In this document: positions 29,456 through 38,522 of the stretch, piece by piece
Numbering within the stretch: position 1 is the first letter of the stretch
How the letters are laid out: each line of letters starts with the position of its first letter
NCBI GenBank assembly: GCA_046538485.1
Contig: JBKHIT010000018.1
Location: 11,603 to 75,602, forward strand
DNA from: Candidatus Brocadiia bacterium
GTDB taxonomy: Bacteria > Planctomycetota > Brocadiia > SM23-32
Reading direction: 5' to 3'
Length of the DNA stretch: 64,000 bases
Notes under the pieces: generated by a model
The model's database searches: none
What the model saw: the letters and a program-made list of their open reading frames with translations, nothing else
What the model was told of the DNA's origin: nothing
Position numbers and translations under genes: made by a program

Positions 29456-30611
29456 CGTAATAGTCGCCGGGGCTGGCCCCGCCGGGATAGCGACCGCCCT
29501 CTCGGCGGCCCGTGACGGAATGAAAACCCTCCTCATCGAACGGGAAAATACGATTGGGGGAATCGTTATGGCCGGTTACCACGCCGCTCTCTGTGGCCTT
29601 TACGCAAGCGATCCCACGGACCCTGCCGACACTCTCAATCCGGGCATCCCCCGGGAAACCGCATGCTGTGTAAGCGAAAATTCAAAAAATGCCAGCGGAG
29701 TGCAACAGGTGGGGCGGGCGCGTGTGCTTCCGCTCGAACGCGCCGCGCTGCTCCGTTGCTGGGAGGGGATGCTTGCTGCCGAACTTGAAATCGAACTTCG
29801 TTATGAAACGACGCTGATCGGGGTGAAATGCGCTGACAACTGTGTGGAGACAATCCAACTCTCCGACGGTTCGGAACTCCGACCGGGGGTGCTCATTGAT
29901 GCCACCGGGAACGCGGAAGTGGCCGGACTCGCCGGTGTCCCCCGCCTGGCAGATCCTCCGGAAAACCGTCAGCTTGGTGGCGCCGGCATATATTTCGGCG
30001 GTTTAACTGCCGACCGCAACCGACTACGACTCGACGTGCCGTACCATCTCCGAGAAGCGACCGAAGACGGGCGGCTCCCTCATTGCGCAAGGTTCACGAC
30101 GTTCGCCCCCTGCGCCGAGCCCGACCGGGGAATCTGTAAACTGGCCGTGCCGGTGGAGTTCTTCGGTCAGAACCAGAAGGTAAAAACGTATATTAATGAC
30201 GTGCTTGAACTTCTGCGGAAAGATCTTCAGGTATTGGCTGAGGCTGAAGTACTGGCCACTTCGCCCCGGGCGTTGCCACGTGATGGTCCGCGGCTGCGGG
30301 GACAAACAATTCTGACGGAAGAGGATGTGCTTGCCGGAAAGACTTTCAAAGGCCACAATGCAAAGGGAGCCTGGCCCATCGAGTTCTGGCACCAGGAAGA
30401 AGGTCCACAGTACGAATATTTGCCCGATAACGAATATTACGAGATCCCGGCGGCGTGTCTGCGCGCGGAAAGACTCCACAATCTTATCTGTGCCGGCCGA
30501 TGCATCTCGGCAACCGCCCGCGCCGCAGCATCGTTGCGCGTGGCGGGGATATGCCTGGCCACGGGGCAACTGGCGGCTGTGACCGCGTGTGAACTGCTCA
30601 CGGAAATGTGA
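29430..30611 (+). CDS. FAD-dependent oxidoreductase
   Basis: FDVIVAGAGPAGIATALSAARDG (GxGxxG) directly at the N-terminus. TTG start preceded by GAGGAG. Confidence 0.8.
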   Translation: MANRPKTFDVIVAGAGPAGIATALSAARDGMKTLLIERENTIGGIVMAGYHAALCGLYASDPTDPADTLNPGIPRETACCVSENSKNASGVQQVGRARVLPLERAALLRCWEGMLAAELEIELRYETTLIGVKCADNCVETIQLSDGSELRPGVLIDATGNAEVAGLAGVPRLADPPENRQLGGAGIYFGGLTADRNRLRLDVPYHLREATEDGRLPHCARFTTFAPCAEPDRGICKLAVPVEFFGQNQKVKTYINDVLELLRKDLQVLAEAEVLATSPRALPRDGPRLRGQTILTEEDVLAGKTFKGHNAKGAWPIEFWHQEEGPQYEYLPDNEYYEIPAACLRAERLHNLICAGRCISATARAAASLRVAGICLATGQLAAVTACELLTEM

Positions 30612-30617
30612 GACCCC

Positions 30618-32069
30618 ATGAACATCGCCGAAAAAATTCGCATGGAAAACGCCAACCGCAGGGACGGTGCAGCCGTGATCGAAGGATCGAAACAATGGAC
30701 CTACGGCGAAGTGTTCCAAAAAATCGATGTTCTGCGCGATTTGCTCGCGCCCCGGGGCATCGGACCCGGGACGCGGGTCGCTTTCCGCTGCGAGGACGGC
30801 ATCGAATACATCGCGTGGAGTCTCGCCCTGCTGGAATCAGGTGCAGCGATCGTGCCGGTTTCCACAGACCTCACCCAAACAGAAACGAACGAAACACTGG
30901 AACGCATCGACGTCCACGGTTTCCTCTCGCAGGCTGAAAACCCCGGATCCTCGCCGGAGGGAGAAGTCCTGACGGGACATGGTTTCGAGGAAGATTTTCT
31001 CTGGCAAGCCCGAGAGCCCCGTGGCACAGCTCCTGAAGAATGCGAGGAGCTGAACGCTGCCTTCATCCGCTTCTCCAGCGGCACAACGGGCGCCAGTAAA
31101 GGCGTGGTCCTCACCCACCAGAGCATCATCGATCGCACTGATGCCGCCAATGAAGCCCTCGGAATCTCCCCGGAGGACATCATCCTTTGGGTACTGTCGA
31201 TGAGCCATCATTTCGTGGTCTCAATCCTCCTGTTTCTCCGAAAGGGTGCGACAATCGTCATCGGCCACCGCGATTTCCCCACATCGCTGCTTGATGCCGC
31301 CACCGAAGGGGATATTACCTTTATTTACGCATCGCCCGTGCATTACGAAATCCTGGCAGAGACCGATGCCGTTTCGGCCGAAGATCTGGGAAACGTACGG
31401 ATCGCCATCTCCACGGCCATGAAACTGCCGCCGGCGATCGCGCGAAGTTTCGCCGAGAAATTCGGTTTTGAGCTCGCCGAAGCTTACGGAATAATCGAAG
31501 TGGGGCTGCCATTCATCAACCTGAACCCCGGTCGCACAAGCCGCGGATCGGTCGGGCGGATGCTCGACGCATACAAACTGAAAATTGATAATAAAGATGA
31601 CTCCGGGGTGGGCGAAGTATTCGTCCGGGGACAGGGCATGTTCGACGCCTATTTCTCGCCATGGTGTCCGCGTGAGGAGGCGCTGGAAGACGGCTGGTTT
31701 CGGACGGGCGATTTGGGCAAACTCGACGAAGAAGACAACCTCCAGATCGTAGGCCGCAGTAAGACTGTCATCGTATGCGCCGGGATGAAAGTCTTCCCCG
31801 TTGAGGTGGAGGCTGTATTGAACGCTCATCCGGCGGTAGAAGAATCGCTTGTCTACGGGGCCGATCATCCGACCTACGGCCAGATTCCCGAGGCGCGTAT
31901 CGTCCCGGCGGACCCGGAAGCAGATACAGCAGAACTGACCGACCAACTGCGCAAGTTCTGCTACGATCGCCTGACCGCCTACAAAGTGCCGAAAGCTTTC
32001 ATTTTCGTTGAAGATCTCCCGCGAACCCCCAGCGGCAAACTGGTGCGGCACCAGCAGAAGGGAACCTGA
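30618..32069 (+). CDS. acyl-CoA synthetase / fatty acyl-AMP ligase (ANL superfamily)
   Basis: FSSGTTGASKGVVLTH, WFRTGDLGKLDEEDNLQIVGRSK, PRTPSGKLVRH. Confidence 0.9.
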   Translation: MNIAEKIRMENANRRDGAAVIEGSKQWTYGEVFQKIDVLRDLLAPRGIGPGTRVAFRCEDGIEYIAWSLALLESGAAIVPVSTDLTQTETNETLERIDVHGFLSQAENPGSSPEGEVLTGHGFEEDFLWQAREPRGTAPEECEELNAAFIRFSSGTTGASKGVVLTHQSIIDRTDAANEALGISPEDIILWVLSMSHHFVVSILLFLRKGATIVIGHRDFPTSLLDAATEGDITFIYASPVHYEILAETDAVSAEDLGNVRIAISTAMKLPPAIARSFAEKFGFELAEAYGIIEVGLPFINLNPGRTSRGSVGRMLDAYKLKIDNKDDSGVGEVFVRGQGMFDAYFSPWCPREEALEDGWFRTGDLGKLDEEDNLQIVGRSKTVIVCAGMKVFPVEVEAVLNAHPAVEESLVYGADHPTYGQIPEARIVPADPEADTAELTDQLRKFCYDRLTAYKVPKAFIFVEDLPRTPSGKLVRHQQKGT

Positions 32070-32290
32070 GAGACGCACAGGGTTTCCGAAGGCGGCTGCG
32101 CCGCCATTTCCTCAGGGGCGCCCGGCCCGCGCGACCTTGTGTCGGTAAGTGTTTAATCCAAAAATGCCGCTCCCCAGCGTAAATTCCTCGAGGCACATTG
32201 AGCTTTGACCATTTGCGGAGGGATTCCTATAATACGTTGTAGTCCAATTGGTCCGTCCCTTCTTAAAAATTGCCGCGGAGGACACATCGT

Positions 32291-32908
32291 TTGCGTGTAT
32301 CGTTGAGCATTTTCTTTTGCGTAGTCTTAATGGCGGCTACGGGATGCACCTCGAGGCCAGAAATACATCTTCACGGGCGATATGAGTTCGCGAAAATGAG
32401 AAATGGCCGGACGGCAGTGCTGGGAATCGATGCCCCAAACATAAAACAACAAAAGTCTTACAAATACGTCTGGGGTATAGTACAATCTCCCAAAGCGCGC
32501 CAGAATTTTGCCGAGATGGTGGCTCACTTTGCCCGCCAGGAAGCTGAACTCGACGTTCTTCCCGTGCACAGTTCGATGGAAAGTCTCCAACAGGAAGGTT
32601 TGCAACCGGCGCTGAATGTAGACCGAGCGCGGGCTGAGAGTTTTGCCCGCCAGCTGGGATGCAAAACTTACATGATGGCTCATGTCGAGCGATGGCGTTT
32701 CAGCTACTTTTTCTTTCATCAGAAGGGAGATATTCAGTTCGAACTTCTCGGCTATTCCGTGGGCACCGAGCAACCGATTTGGCGAGCGGAAGTTTCGCAC
32801 CAGCAACGGGGCAAAAGCGAAAGAGAAGTGGCGATTGAAGCCCTTCAGGCATTGTTCAAAAAACTCGACCGGGAGAAAACCCTGAGAAATGTTGATATTG
32901 GGAATTGA
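32291..32908 (+). CDS. lipoprotein, unknown function
   Basis: TTG at 32291 with GGAGGA 8 nt upstream. MRVSLSIFFCVVLMAATGC carries a lipobox. Confidence 0.5.
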   Translation: MRVSLSIFFCVVLMAATGCTSRPEIHLHGRYEFAKMRNGRTAVLGIDAPNIKQQKSYKYVWGIVQSPKARQNFAEMVAHFARQEAELDVLPVHSSMESLQQEGLQPALNVDRARAESFARQLGCKTYMMAHVERWRFSYFFFHQKGDIQFELLGYSVGTEQPIWRAEVSHQQRGKSEREVAIEALQALFKKLDREKTLRNVDIGN

Positions 32909-33572
32909 AACCAGCGGCCGGAGCGGAAGCCTGGCCCTCTGCGAAGACGGCTCTCCTCTGGCAACGTATCGGTTCTCAGAAGGACCCCAGCACGCGCGGG
33001 AAATTATGCCGGGGGTCGATGACATTGTGCGAAAATCGGATCTCAAAAGACGTGACATCGATGTCGTGGGCGTCAGCCAGGGGCCCGGATCGTTCACCGG
33101 ACTGCGTGTGGGGATCACCTGCGCTAAAATTCTCGCCTACCTCCTGAGCTGGAAAGCCGTCGGCATCCCGTCACTTGAAGTCCTTGTGCAGAACGTCGAT
33201 CCAAAAGAACACGGCGTAGAATTCGCATGCCCCCTGCGTGATGCCCGCCGCGGGGCGGCGTACGGAACCGTGTTCAAATGGGAAGCAGACAGATGGATCG
33301 ATCAGACCGGTGTGTTACTGGATGAGGCGAGGCAGCTCGCTAAAAAGATACCAGAAGGCACGCTCGTCTTTGGAAGTGGCGTGGAAGCGTATCCGCAGGT
33401 CTTCGCTGTTCCCCGATTCATTCCCGGACCGCCGGAATATGCCGAGGGTCGCGGGGAATGCGCAGCGGTCCTGGCACAAGAAATGGCCGAAAAAGGGCTT
33501 GACATCGAACCGATGGAACTCAACCCGCGTTACTACCGGCCAACCCAAGTGGAGGAAAGCGTCCAAGACTGA
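32889..33572 (+). CDS. tsaB: tRNA N6-threonylcarbamoyladenosine biosynthesis protein TsaB
   Basis: MLILGIETSGRSGSLALCEDG and GPGSFTGLRVGI. 227 aa. Confidence 0.85.
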   Translation: MLILGIETSGRSGSLALCEDGSPLATYRFSEGPQHAREIMPGVDDIVRKSDLKRRDIDVVGVSQGPGSFTGLRVGITCAKILAYLLSWKAVGIPSLEVLVQNVDPKEHGVEFACPLRDARRGAAYGTVFKWEADRWIDQTGVLLDEARQLAKKIPEGTLVFGSGVEAYPQVFAVPRFIPGPPEYAEGRGECAAVLAQEMAEKGLDIEPMELNPRYYRPTQVEESVQD

Positions 33573-33648
33573 AAACCGAAAGACAAGCGGCTTGTCCGAA
33601 GATCAGCACTTTCAGCTTCAAAGAAAACTCATAAAAAGAGAGGGAAAT

Positions 33649-34116
33649 ATGCAGATCGATATAAAGAAGATTTTGTGTCCGGTTGATTTTTCCGATGGCT
33701 CTAACCTCGCTCTGCGATACGCGATAGCTTTTGCTCAAGCCTATCATGCCGAAGTTGAAATTATGCACGTGGTGGAAATGCCATTTTTGCCCTCATACTC
33801 GACCGAAGGGCTTCCTGATTTCAGCCTGCCGATTGAACAAATTCAAGAACTTTGTGAGGAGCGTTTGAGCAAACTGGCCGATAAATTCGACGCCGATGGG
33901 GCGCTCGTTCAGCGGAAAGTTACGCTGGGATCGCCATTCGTCGAGATCATACAGGAAGCCAAAAACGGGGAGTTCGATCTCGTCGTTATCGGAACTCACG
34001 GTGAGACAGGGCTCAAACACGTATTGATCGGGAGCACGGCCGAGAAAGTCGTCCGCAAAGCTCCCTGTCCCGTTCTGAGTGTCAAAAACCCCGAACATGA
34101 GTTCGTCATGCCGTAG
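33649..34116 (+). CDS. universal stress protein (UspA family)
   Basis: Start at ATG 33649 (AGAGAGGGA SD); the ORF-track 5' extension is discarded. ILCPVDFSDGS and DLVVIGTHGETGLKHVLIGSTAEKVVRKAPCPVLSV (ATP-binding Usp motif). Confidence 0.85.
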   Translation: MQIDIKKILCPVDFSDGSNLALRYAIAFAQAYHAEVEIMHVVEMPFLPSYSTEGLPDFSLPIEQIQELCEERLSKLADKFDADGALVQRKVTLGSPFVEIIQEAKNGEFDLVVIGTHGETGLKHVLIGSTAEKVVRKAPCPVLSVKNPEHEFVMP

Positions 34117-34723
34117 GTTCCAACCTTCTGTTGTCGTCTCGGCGCAAAAAAAAAGAATTAGACGAGCCACTTGCGTTGTGTAGAAATATTGGCGCAGGCG
34201 GAACTTAAAGATAGACAGAAAAAGTTTTTAACCCGGAATCCGGATCTCAAGGCCGTTGAGGAGCTGGTTTTGCCTGAATAACCGTTTTCACCACATGAAC
34301 CCCCGCGAGCGGACTGGACTTCAGCCGGAGACTGGAGTTCAGAACGCGGACAATAAACCGGCAGGTCTCGGAGAAAAACAGCAGAACGACCAACGGCAGC
34401 TCCGCCTCAGCGATGCGGACCGACAGCTACCTGGCATTTCACGGCATTTGTCCGCCTCAAGTCCCCCTTCGTCCGCCTGAGTGGCGGGCTCAGCTGAACT
34501 CGAGCCTGCAGGATACGCGGTCGAGAAGCGGGGTTGCAAGCTTACAGAATCATTGACACTAAACATGAGGTTTGTATTACGACAAGCTCTATAGACTTTA
34601 CCGAAGGAAAATTAAGGAATTTGCGCTCGCTGCGATGGGAACAGGGGACACGATTTTTGGGAAATGCCTGGCTACCAGCACCGCAACGACCCACAGCGCA
34701 AAGTCCTCTCTCCACAAAAATCC

Positions 34724-34751
34724 TTGACAAACCAATGCGCATTGTTACAAT
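34724..34751 (+). promoter_or_regulatory. putative sigma70 promoter upstream of the HEAT-repeat gene
   Basis: TTGACA-16 nt-TACAAT, 75 nt upstream of ATG 34826. Confidence 0.45.
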
Positions 34752-34825
34752 TGTATCTTGGCATTCCTTATAGAATTGGACATTTTTGAATCGAGGGGGA
34801 CGCGTTCGTTTTTCAGGTCTGGGGT

Positions 34826-35917
34826 ATGCTTTATCATGGACAAAGGGTATGCGCGGTAGTATTCGCTCTCTCGCTGGTCCTTGGCGCCGTTGTAAGCATT
34901 TTTGGTGCCGATGACAAACGAGATGCCCTGTGGTATTCTTACAAAACAGGGTCAGTCGAACGTCAAAAACTGCTGGCGCAGGCCCAAAGAAGACTGAAAA
35001 GTGTTCGGCACAAAGCCGAACAAAACAAGGCCACCGAATGGCCGACCGATGAGAATTTCCGGTGGCTTACCGAACATCGTACGCCAGGCCGTCTCGTCGT
35101 CGAAAAAGCCCTCAAAAGCCACCCCCGGGGCGCTTCGTTGAAGGTTCTCGTCCTGCTCACCCGCCATCTTGAAGGCCGCCGACTGACCCGCCATCTCCCC
35201 GATCTGGCATTTCGAAGCCGCTCGATGGAAACCCGCCGGCTCTTGTTCGAAACGATGGCATCCGTTGGGGACGAAAAATGCCGGGAAACTCTCCGAAAAT
35301 TCCTCGGAGCCAGCGACCACTCTGCGGACGAGCAGTTGCTATGTTCGGCTGCCGAAGGTCTGGCCGCAACAAAAGATAAAAAATACATCCCTCTCCTGAA
35401 AAAAGCCTACGGACTGGTCCACTCAGAACCTGCTAGACTTCGAATCGCCGTCGCGCTTTACAAATGCGGAGAGCGAGATGCTGGCAAACAATTGCTCGAG
35501 CATCTAAGAAAGACAAAAGATCCTGAGGTGTTAGCCGATGCCCTGGGTCTGCTGGCCATCCGGCCAGTACCCAATGCGATTCCGGTGATGGAAAAGTTCG
35601 CTGTCGAATCCCCCGATCCCGCAATCGCAACACTGGCCTTTGAAGCTCTCAAATCACATACGGGCTTCCAGCAAAAACGACCCGCTCAACAACCAACCGA
35701 TAAAAAAGAGCCAGAAAAATTCGTGGCAAAAGATGATCTACGCCCCGATGAAAAGACGTCCCGCTCAAAAAAACACTTCGGCGATCTATCCAAAAAAGCA
35801 AGACAAAAACGAGTCCAGCGTATCGTGCAATGGGCACGCGCCCATCCCGATGCAATCGTTGATAAACCCTCAGAGGAAGACCCGAGAAAAGATAACGAGG
35901 TGGGCTCATCGCACTGA
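34826..35917 (+). CDS. secreted/anchored HEAT-repeat-like protein
   Basis: N-terminal hydrophobic segment VCAVVFALSLVLGAVVSIFG, repeated helical LLxxL/DPxV units (KDPEVLADALGLLAIRPVPNAIPVMEKF) and a basic disordered tail. Confidence 0.55.
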   Translation: MLYHGQRVCAVVFALSLVLGAVVSIFGADDKRDALWYSYKTGSVERQKLLAQAQRRLKSVRHKAEQNKATEWPTDENFRWLTEHRTPGRLVVEKALKSHPRGASLKVLVLLTRHLEGRRLTRHLPDLAFRSRSMETRRLLFETMASVGDEKCRETLRKFLGASDHSADEQLLCSAAEGLAATKDKKYIPLLKKAYGLVHSEPARLRIAVALYKCGERDAGKQLLEHLRKTKDPEVLADALGLLAIRPVPNAIPVMEKFAVESPDPAIATLAFEALKSHTGFQQKRPAQQPTDKKEPEKFVAKDDLRPDEKTSRSKKHFGDLSKKARQKRVQRIVQWARAHPDAIVDKPSEEDPRKDNEVGSSH

Positions 35918-35988
35918 AAAACGAATTCGAATCACCAAACGCAAAATCAATGCTTCGTTCCGTAAATCCTAAGAATAGGGGTACAGTT

Positions 35989-37497
35989 ATGAAACGCGCT
36001 TTCGCAAAAAGAGATGGGCAGGTTATCATACTGTTCGCTTTCACAGTCATCCTTCTGGCCATGCTCTGCGTGCTCACAATTGACGTGGGCTTTCTTTTTA
36101 CCTCCCAGGCGGAATTGCAAAACGCCATTGATTCAGCGGCTCTCGCCGGCGCTTCCCAGCTCCATACCCGTTTCACCGACCCAAACTGGCGGGATAACGT
36201 CAAAAACGAGGCCATGGCGCTGGCCGAAGCCAACCTCGTCGCCGGAGAACGCCTCACCCTCACCGACAGCGATTTTCAGTTCGGACACTACAATGACACT
36301 ACCGGCGATTTCGTGCCCGAACCAACCGCCTCCACCATCGATAGCGTGCGGGTCAGAGGACGTCGGACCGATGGCTCCCCGGATGGACCCGTCAGAACGT
36401 TCTTCGGCCCGATCTTCGGTTTCGACTCGGTCTCGTTCTCGGGATCGGTCGCCGTCGGCACTAAACCCCGCCGGTTCGTCATGTTCGTGCTCGACCGCTC
36501 CGGGTCCATGTGTTTTGACAGCAAACACGTGCATGAAAGAAGTAAACCTCTCTACGATCCTGCCCGTGACGAATACTACGCGCAGAACAGCCCCAGCGGC
36601 TGGTACGCCGTCCCCCAGTACGTTTACTACGCGGGCAACTGGCGCACCGGCTGGCTCTACGGCCGCGATATGAACACCAATGCGATTCTTACCTCTTCTG
36701 GCGGGGGACTCGACTGGCTTCCCACGGGTGTGCAGGATACGATTTCCTCGGACAGGTATTTCTACTTCCGGTCGCCGGAAGGTTCCAACAACCCCGCCTG
36801 GATGCACGTCCCCTCCAACGTGCGGATCTGTTCCTACTACGACAGCGATGAGTGGTACCATTACGACTACAACAACACCCCCGAGCAATGCGATTACGCC
36901 TTCGCCGACGCCTCCGTTCAACCCATCCAGAACACCATGGACGCCGCCTGCTCGTTTATCGATCTGCTGGACGCCGCGGACGACCGTGCGGGGCTGGTCA
37001 CTTATTCCAGCGGCGCCACACTCGATTCCCAGCTCACGGGGGACTGGCCGGGGCTGAAAACCAGGATTCAGCGTTTCACCCCGTGCGGCTCCACCGCCGA
37101 GCCGGCCGGGATGGCATCGGCGGTTGGAGAACTGACCTCCAGCCGAGCCCAGGAATACGGTCAGAGAATCATGATCCTGCTCACAGACGGAGTTGCCAAC
37201 GTCTCCAGCGGTCATTACTATAACGAAGGCAACGGCAGGATGGATCCGATGGACGCCAGCGTCAGCACGCCCATCGATGAAAGTGTTTACGACGATATGG
37301 GCTACTGGGCCGATCAGGCGAAACAAAACGGTATCCGCATTTACTGCGTGACGTTCGGTTCGAGCACGGATCAGGAAGTGCACGAGCAGATCGCCGGCCA
37401 TACCGGAGGAGCCTACTACTACTCCGCAGATGCCGGGAACCTGACAGATATATTTGAGGATATCTTCCGCCGACTGCCACCCATACTGACGCACTGA
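35989..37497 (+). CDS. TadE/TadG-like N-terminal domain + von Willebrand factor A (vWA) protein, copy A
   Basis: MKRAFAKRDGQVIILFAFTVILLAMLCVLTIDVGFLFTSQAELQNAIDSAALAGA (Tad-like pseudopilin N-terminus). vWA MIDAS VLDRSGSM, then ILLTDGVAN. Confidence 0.8.
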   Translation: MKRAFAKRDGQVIILFAFTVILLAMLCVLTIDVGFLFTSQAELQNAIDSAALAGASQLHTRFTDPNWRDNVKNEAMALAEANLVAGERLTLTDSDFQFGHYNDTTGDFVPEPTASTIDSVRVRGRRTDGSPDGPVRTFFGPIFGFDSVSFSGSVAVGTKPRRFVMFVLDRSGSMCFDSKHVHERSKPLYDPARDEYYAQNSPSGWYAVPQYVYYAGNWRTGWLYGRDMNTNAILTSSGGGLDWLPTGVQDTISSDRYFYFRSPEGSNNPAWMHVPSNVRICSYYDSDEWYHYDYNNTPEQCDYAFADASVQPIQNTMDAACSFIDLLDAADDRAGLVTYSSGATLDSQLTGDWPGLKTRIQRFTPCGSTAEPAGMASAVGELTSSRAQEYGQRIMILLTDGVANVSSGHYYNEGNGRMDPMDASVSTPIDESVYDDMGYWADQAKQNGIRIYCVTFGSSTDQEVHEQIAGHTGGAYYYSADAGNLTDIFEDIFRRLPPILTH

Positions 37498-37499
37498 TG
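36007..37499 (+). repeat. 1493-bp direct repeat, copy A
   Basis: Identical to 41660-43152 except one base (36039 t vs 41692 a, synonymous Ala). Verified by reading several lines of both copies and by identical translations in three overlapping frames. Confidence 0.95.
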
Positions 37500-37751
37500 A
37501 GAGCTGACGCCGGGTACTGGTGGCCCAAGACAATCGGCCTTGTTGGGTTGGAAGTTCTCGGTCAAATCCAGCTCGACACGTAGGGCCTGGGGCCACCCGG
37601 GTGGGTTGCTGCGAAACCACACTTTTATGTGTTCTCCGGTTCCCTTTCCGGCAGAACGGAATGGATTTGTTGTTCAAACTGCGAAAACAAAATTCTCAAA
37701 ATAATTGAGCGCTTCGCCAAAAATGAAGACATTACTGGAGGGAAAAACGAA

Positions 37752-38522
37752 ATGCGTGCGTTTCTGTTAATCTTCATCCTGGCCATAGCAGTCACCGCTA
37801 TCGCGGCTTACTTTATGGTCGGGGATGAACTGGGGCTGACAACCGCCAACAACGAAGTGAAGGCGGACAAGACGGTTGCAACAGCGCCCGAAGAGCCGGA
37901 TTCGGAGGCCCAGAAAAAAGAGCCCGAAGCCGAACCCCACAGGAAACCAGAGGAAGCGAAACCTCAGGCCTCGAAAACAGAAGTTGAAAAAGACGCCGAT
38001 GTCTCTGAAACAAAAACTGAACCACAACCCGAGCCAGAACCTAAAAAACAACCTGTAAAGCATGAAGAACCCGAGAATACCGCACCTGAAAAAAGCACCG
38101 AAGAGAAACAAGACCGGGAAAACAAAACCAGGACGCAAAAGCAGCATTATATACAGCTGCCCAGACAGCTTCGTGGGTTGCGTTTCGGAATGTCAGCGAA
38201 CCAGGTACGCGAAAAACGGAAACCCGCCTGGCATAAAAAAGAAAAAGATACTCTTATGCTGGTCTACTATTTTGACGAATCTAAGAAGGTCGAAGCCCGC
38301 TTCCATTTCAAAAAGGATAAGGGCTTAAACAAAACGGAAATCAGATTTAAGAGTAAAGACAAGGATAAGCTGGCAGAACTCTATAGCAAATACCGTCAGC
38401 GTTACGAAGACCGGTACGGCCATTTGCCCGAAAGTTCGACCACCTGGTGGGCCGATAGCTACATTCATGCCAGCATCGACAAGGGGAGAGATCACGTCGC
38501 GCTCATTTTTCGTGATCGTTAA
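37752..38522 (+). CDS. membrane-anchored protein with P/E/K-rich linker and conserved C-terminal domain of unknown function, paralogue A
   Basis: ATG 37752 (GGAGGG upstream). TM MRAFLLIFILAIAVTAIAAYFMV. The C-terminal 122 aa are 88/122 identical to paralogue B by manual alignment. Confidence 0.6.
   Translation: MRAFLLIFILAIAVTAIAAYFMVGDELGLTTANNEVKADKTVATAPEEPDSEAQKKEPEAEPHRKPEEAKPQASKTEVEKDADVSETKTEPQPEPEPKKQPVKHEEPENTAPEKSTEEKQDRENKTRTQKQHYIQLPRQLRGLRFGMSANQVREKRKPAWHKKEKDTLMLVYYFDESKKVEARFHFKKDKGLNKTEIRFKSKDKDKLAELYSKYRQRYEDRYGHLPESSTTWWADSYIHASIDKGRDHVALIFRDR

Noticed and set aside
10150-32069. Calling the cluster a ladderane or a canonical aryl-polyene cluster.
   Set aside because: The rSAM+FAS link to ladderanes is only a published hypothesis. 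There is no ketoreductase, methyltransferase or ammonia-lyase as in APE clusters, and no anammox marker is visible in the window. Product identity cannot be inferred from sequence alone.
33238-33648. Long 5' extensions of ORF-track entries. Here usp; the same applies to 27914-28111, 37629-37751, 41486-41641, 43150-43221, 17160-17201, 14782-14808 and 58073-58177.
   Set aside because: Internal ATG/GTG/TTG codons preceded by GGAGG-type SD sequences give N-termini that match the family or a signal peptide. The extensions overlap upstream genes or repeats.
34330-34490. Possible cobalamin riboswitch on the minus strand. CTCCGAGACCTGCCGG resembles the B12-box core, with upstream CCGTGAAATGCC and GCCACTC.
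   Set aside because: The spacing between the GGGAA-like and GTGAAA-like elements is far too long. The P4-type stem does not pair well, and there is no downstream gene on that strand, only antisense usp. A 10-mer match by chance in 128 kb of two-strand sequence is not negligible. An Infernal scan with the Cobalamin model (RF00174) would settle it.
34230-34560. tmRNA, RNase P RNA or SRP RNA in the structured spacer.
   Set aside because: I could not find the GGGG...ACCA acceptor/T-arm, the GAGGAAAGUCC / ACAGAA-CCGGCUUA RNase P core in the correct order, or a GNRA-capped SRP domain IV. There are partial word matches only.
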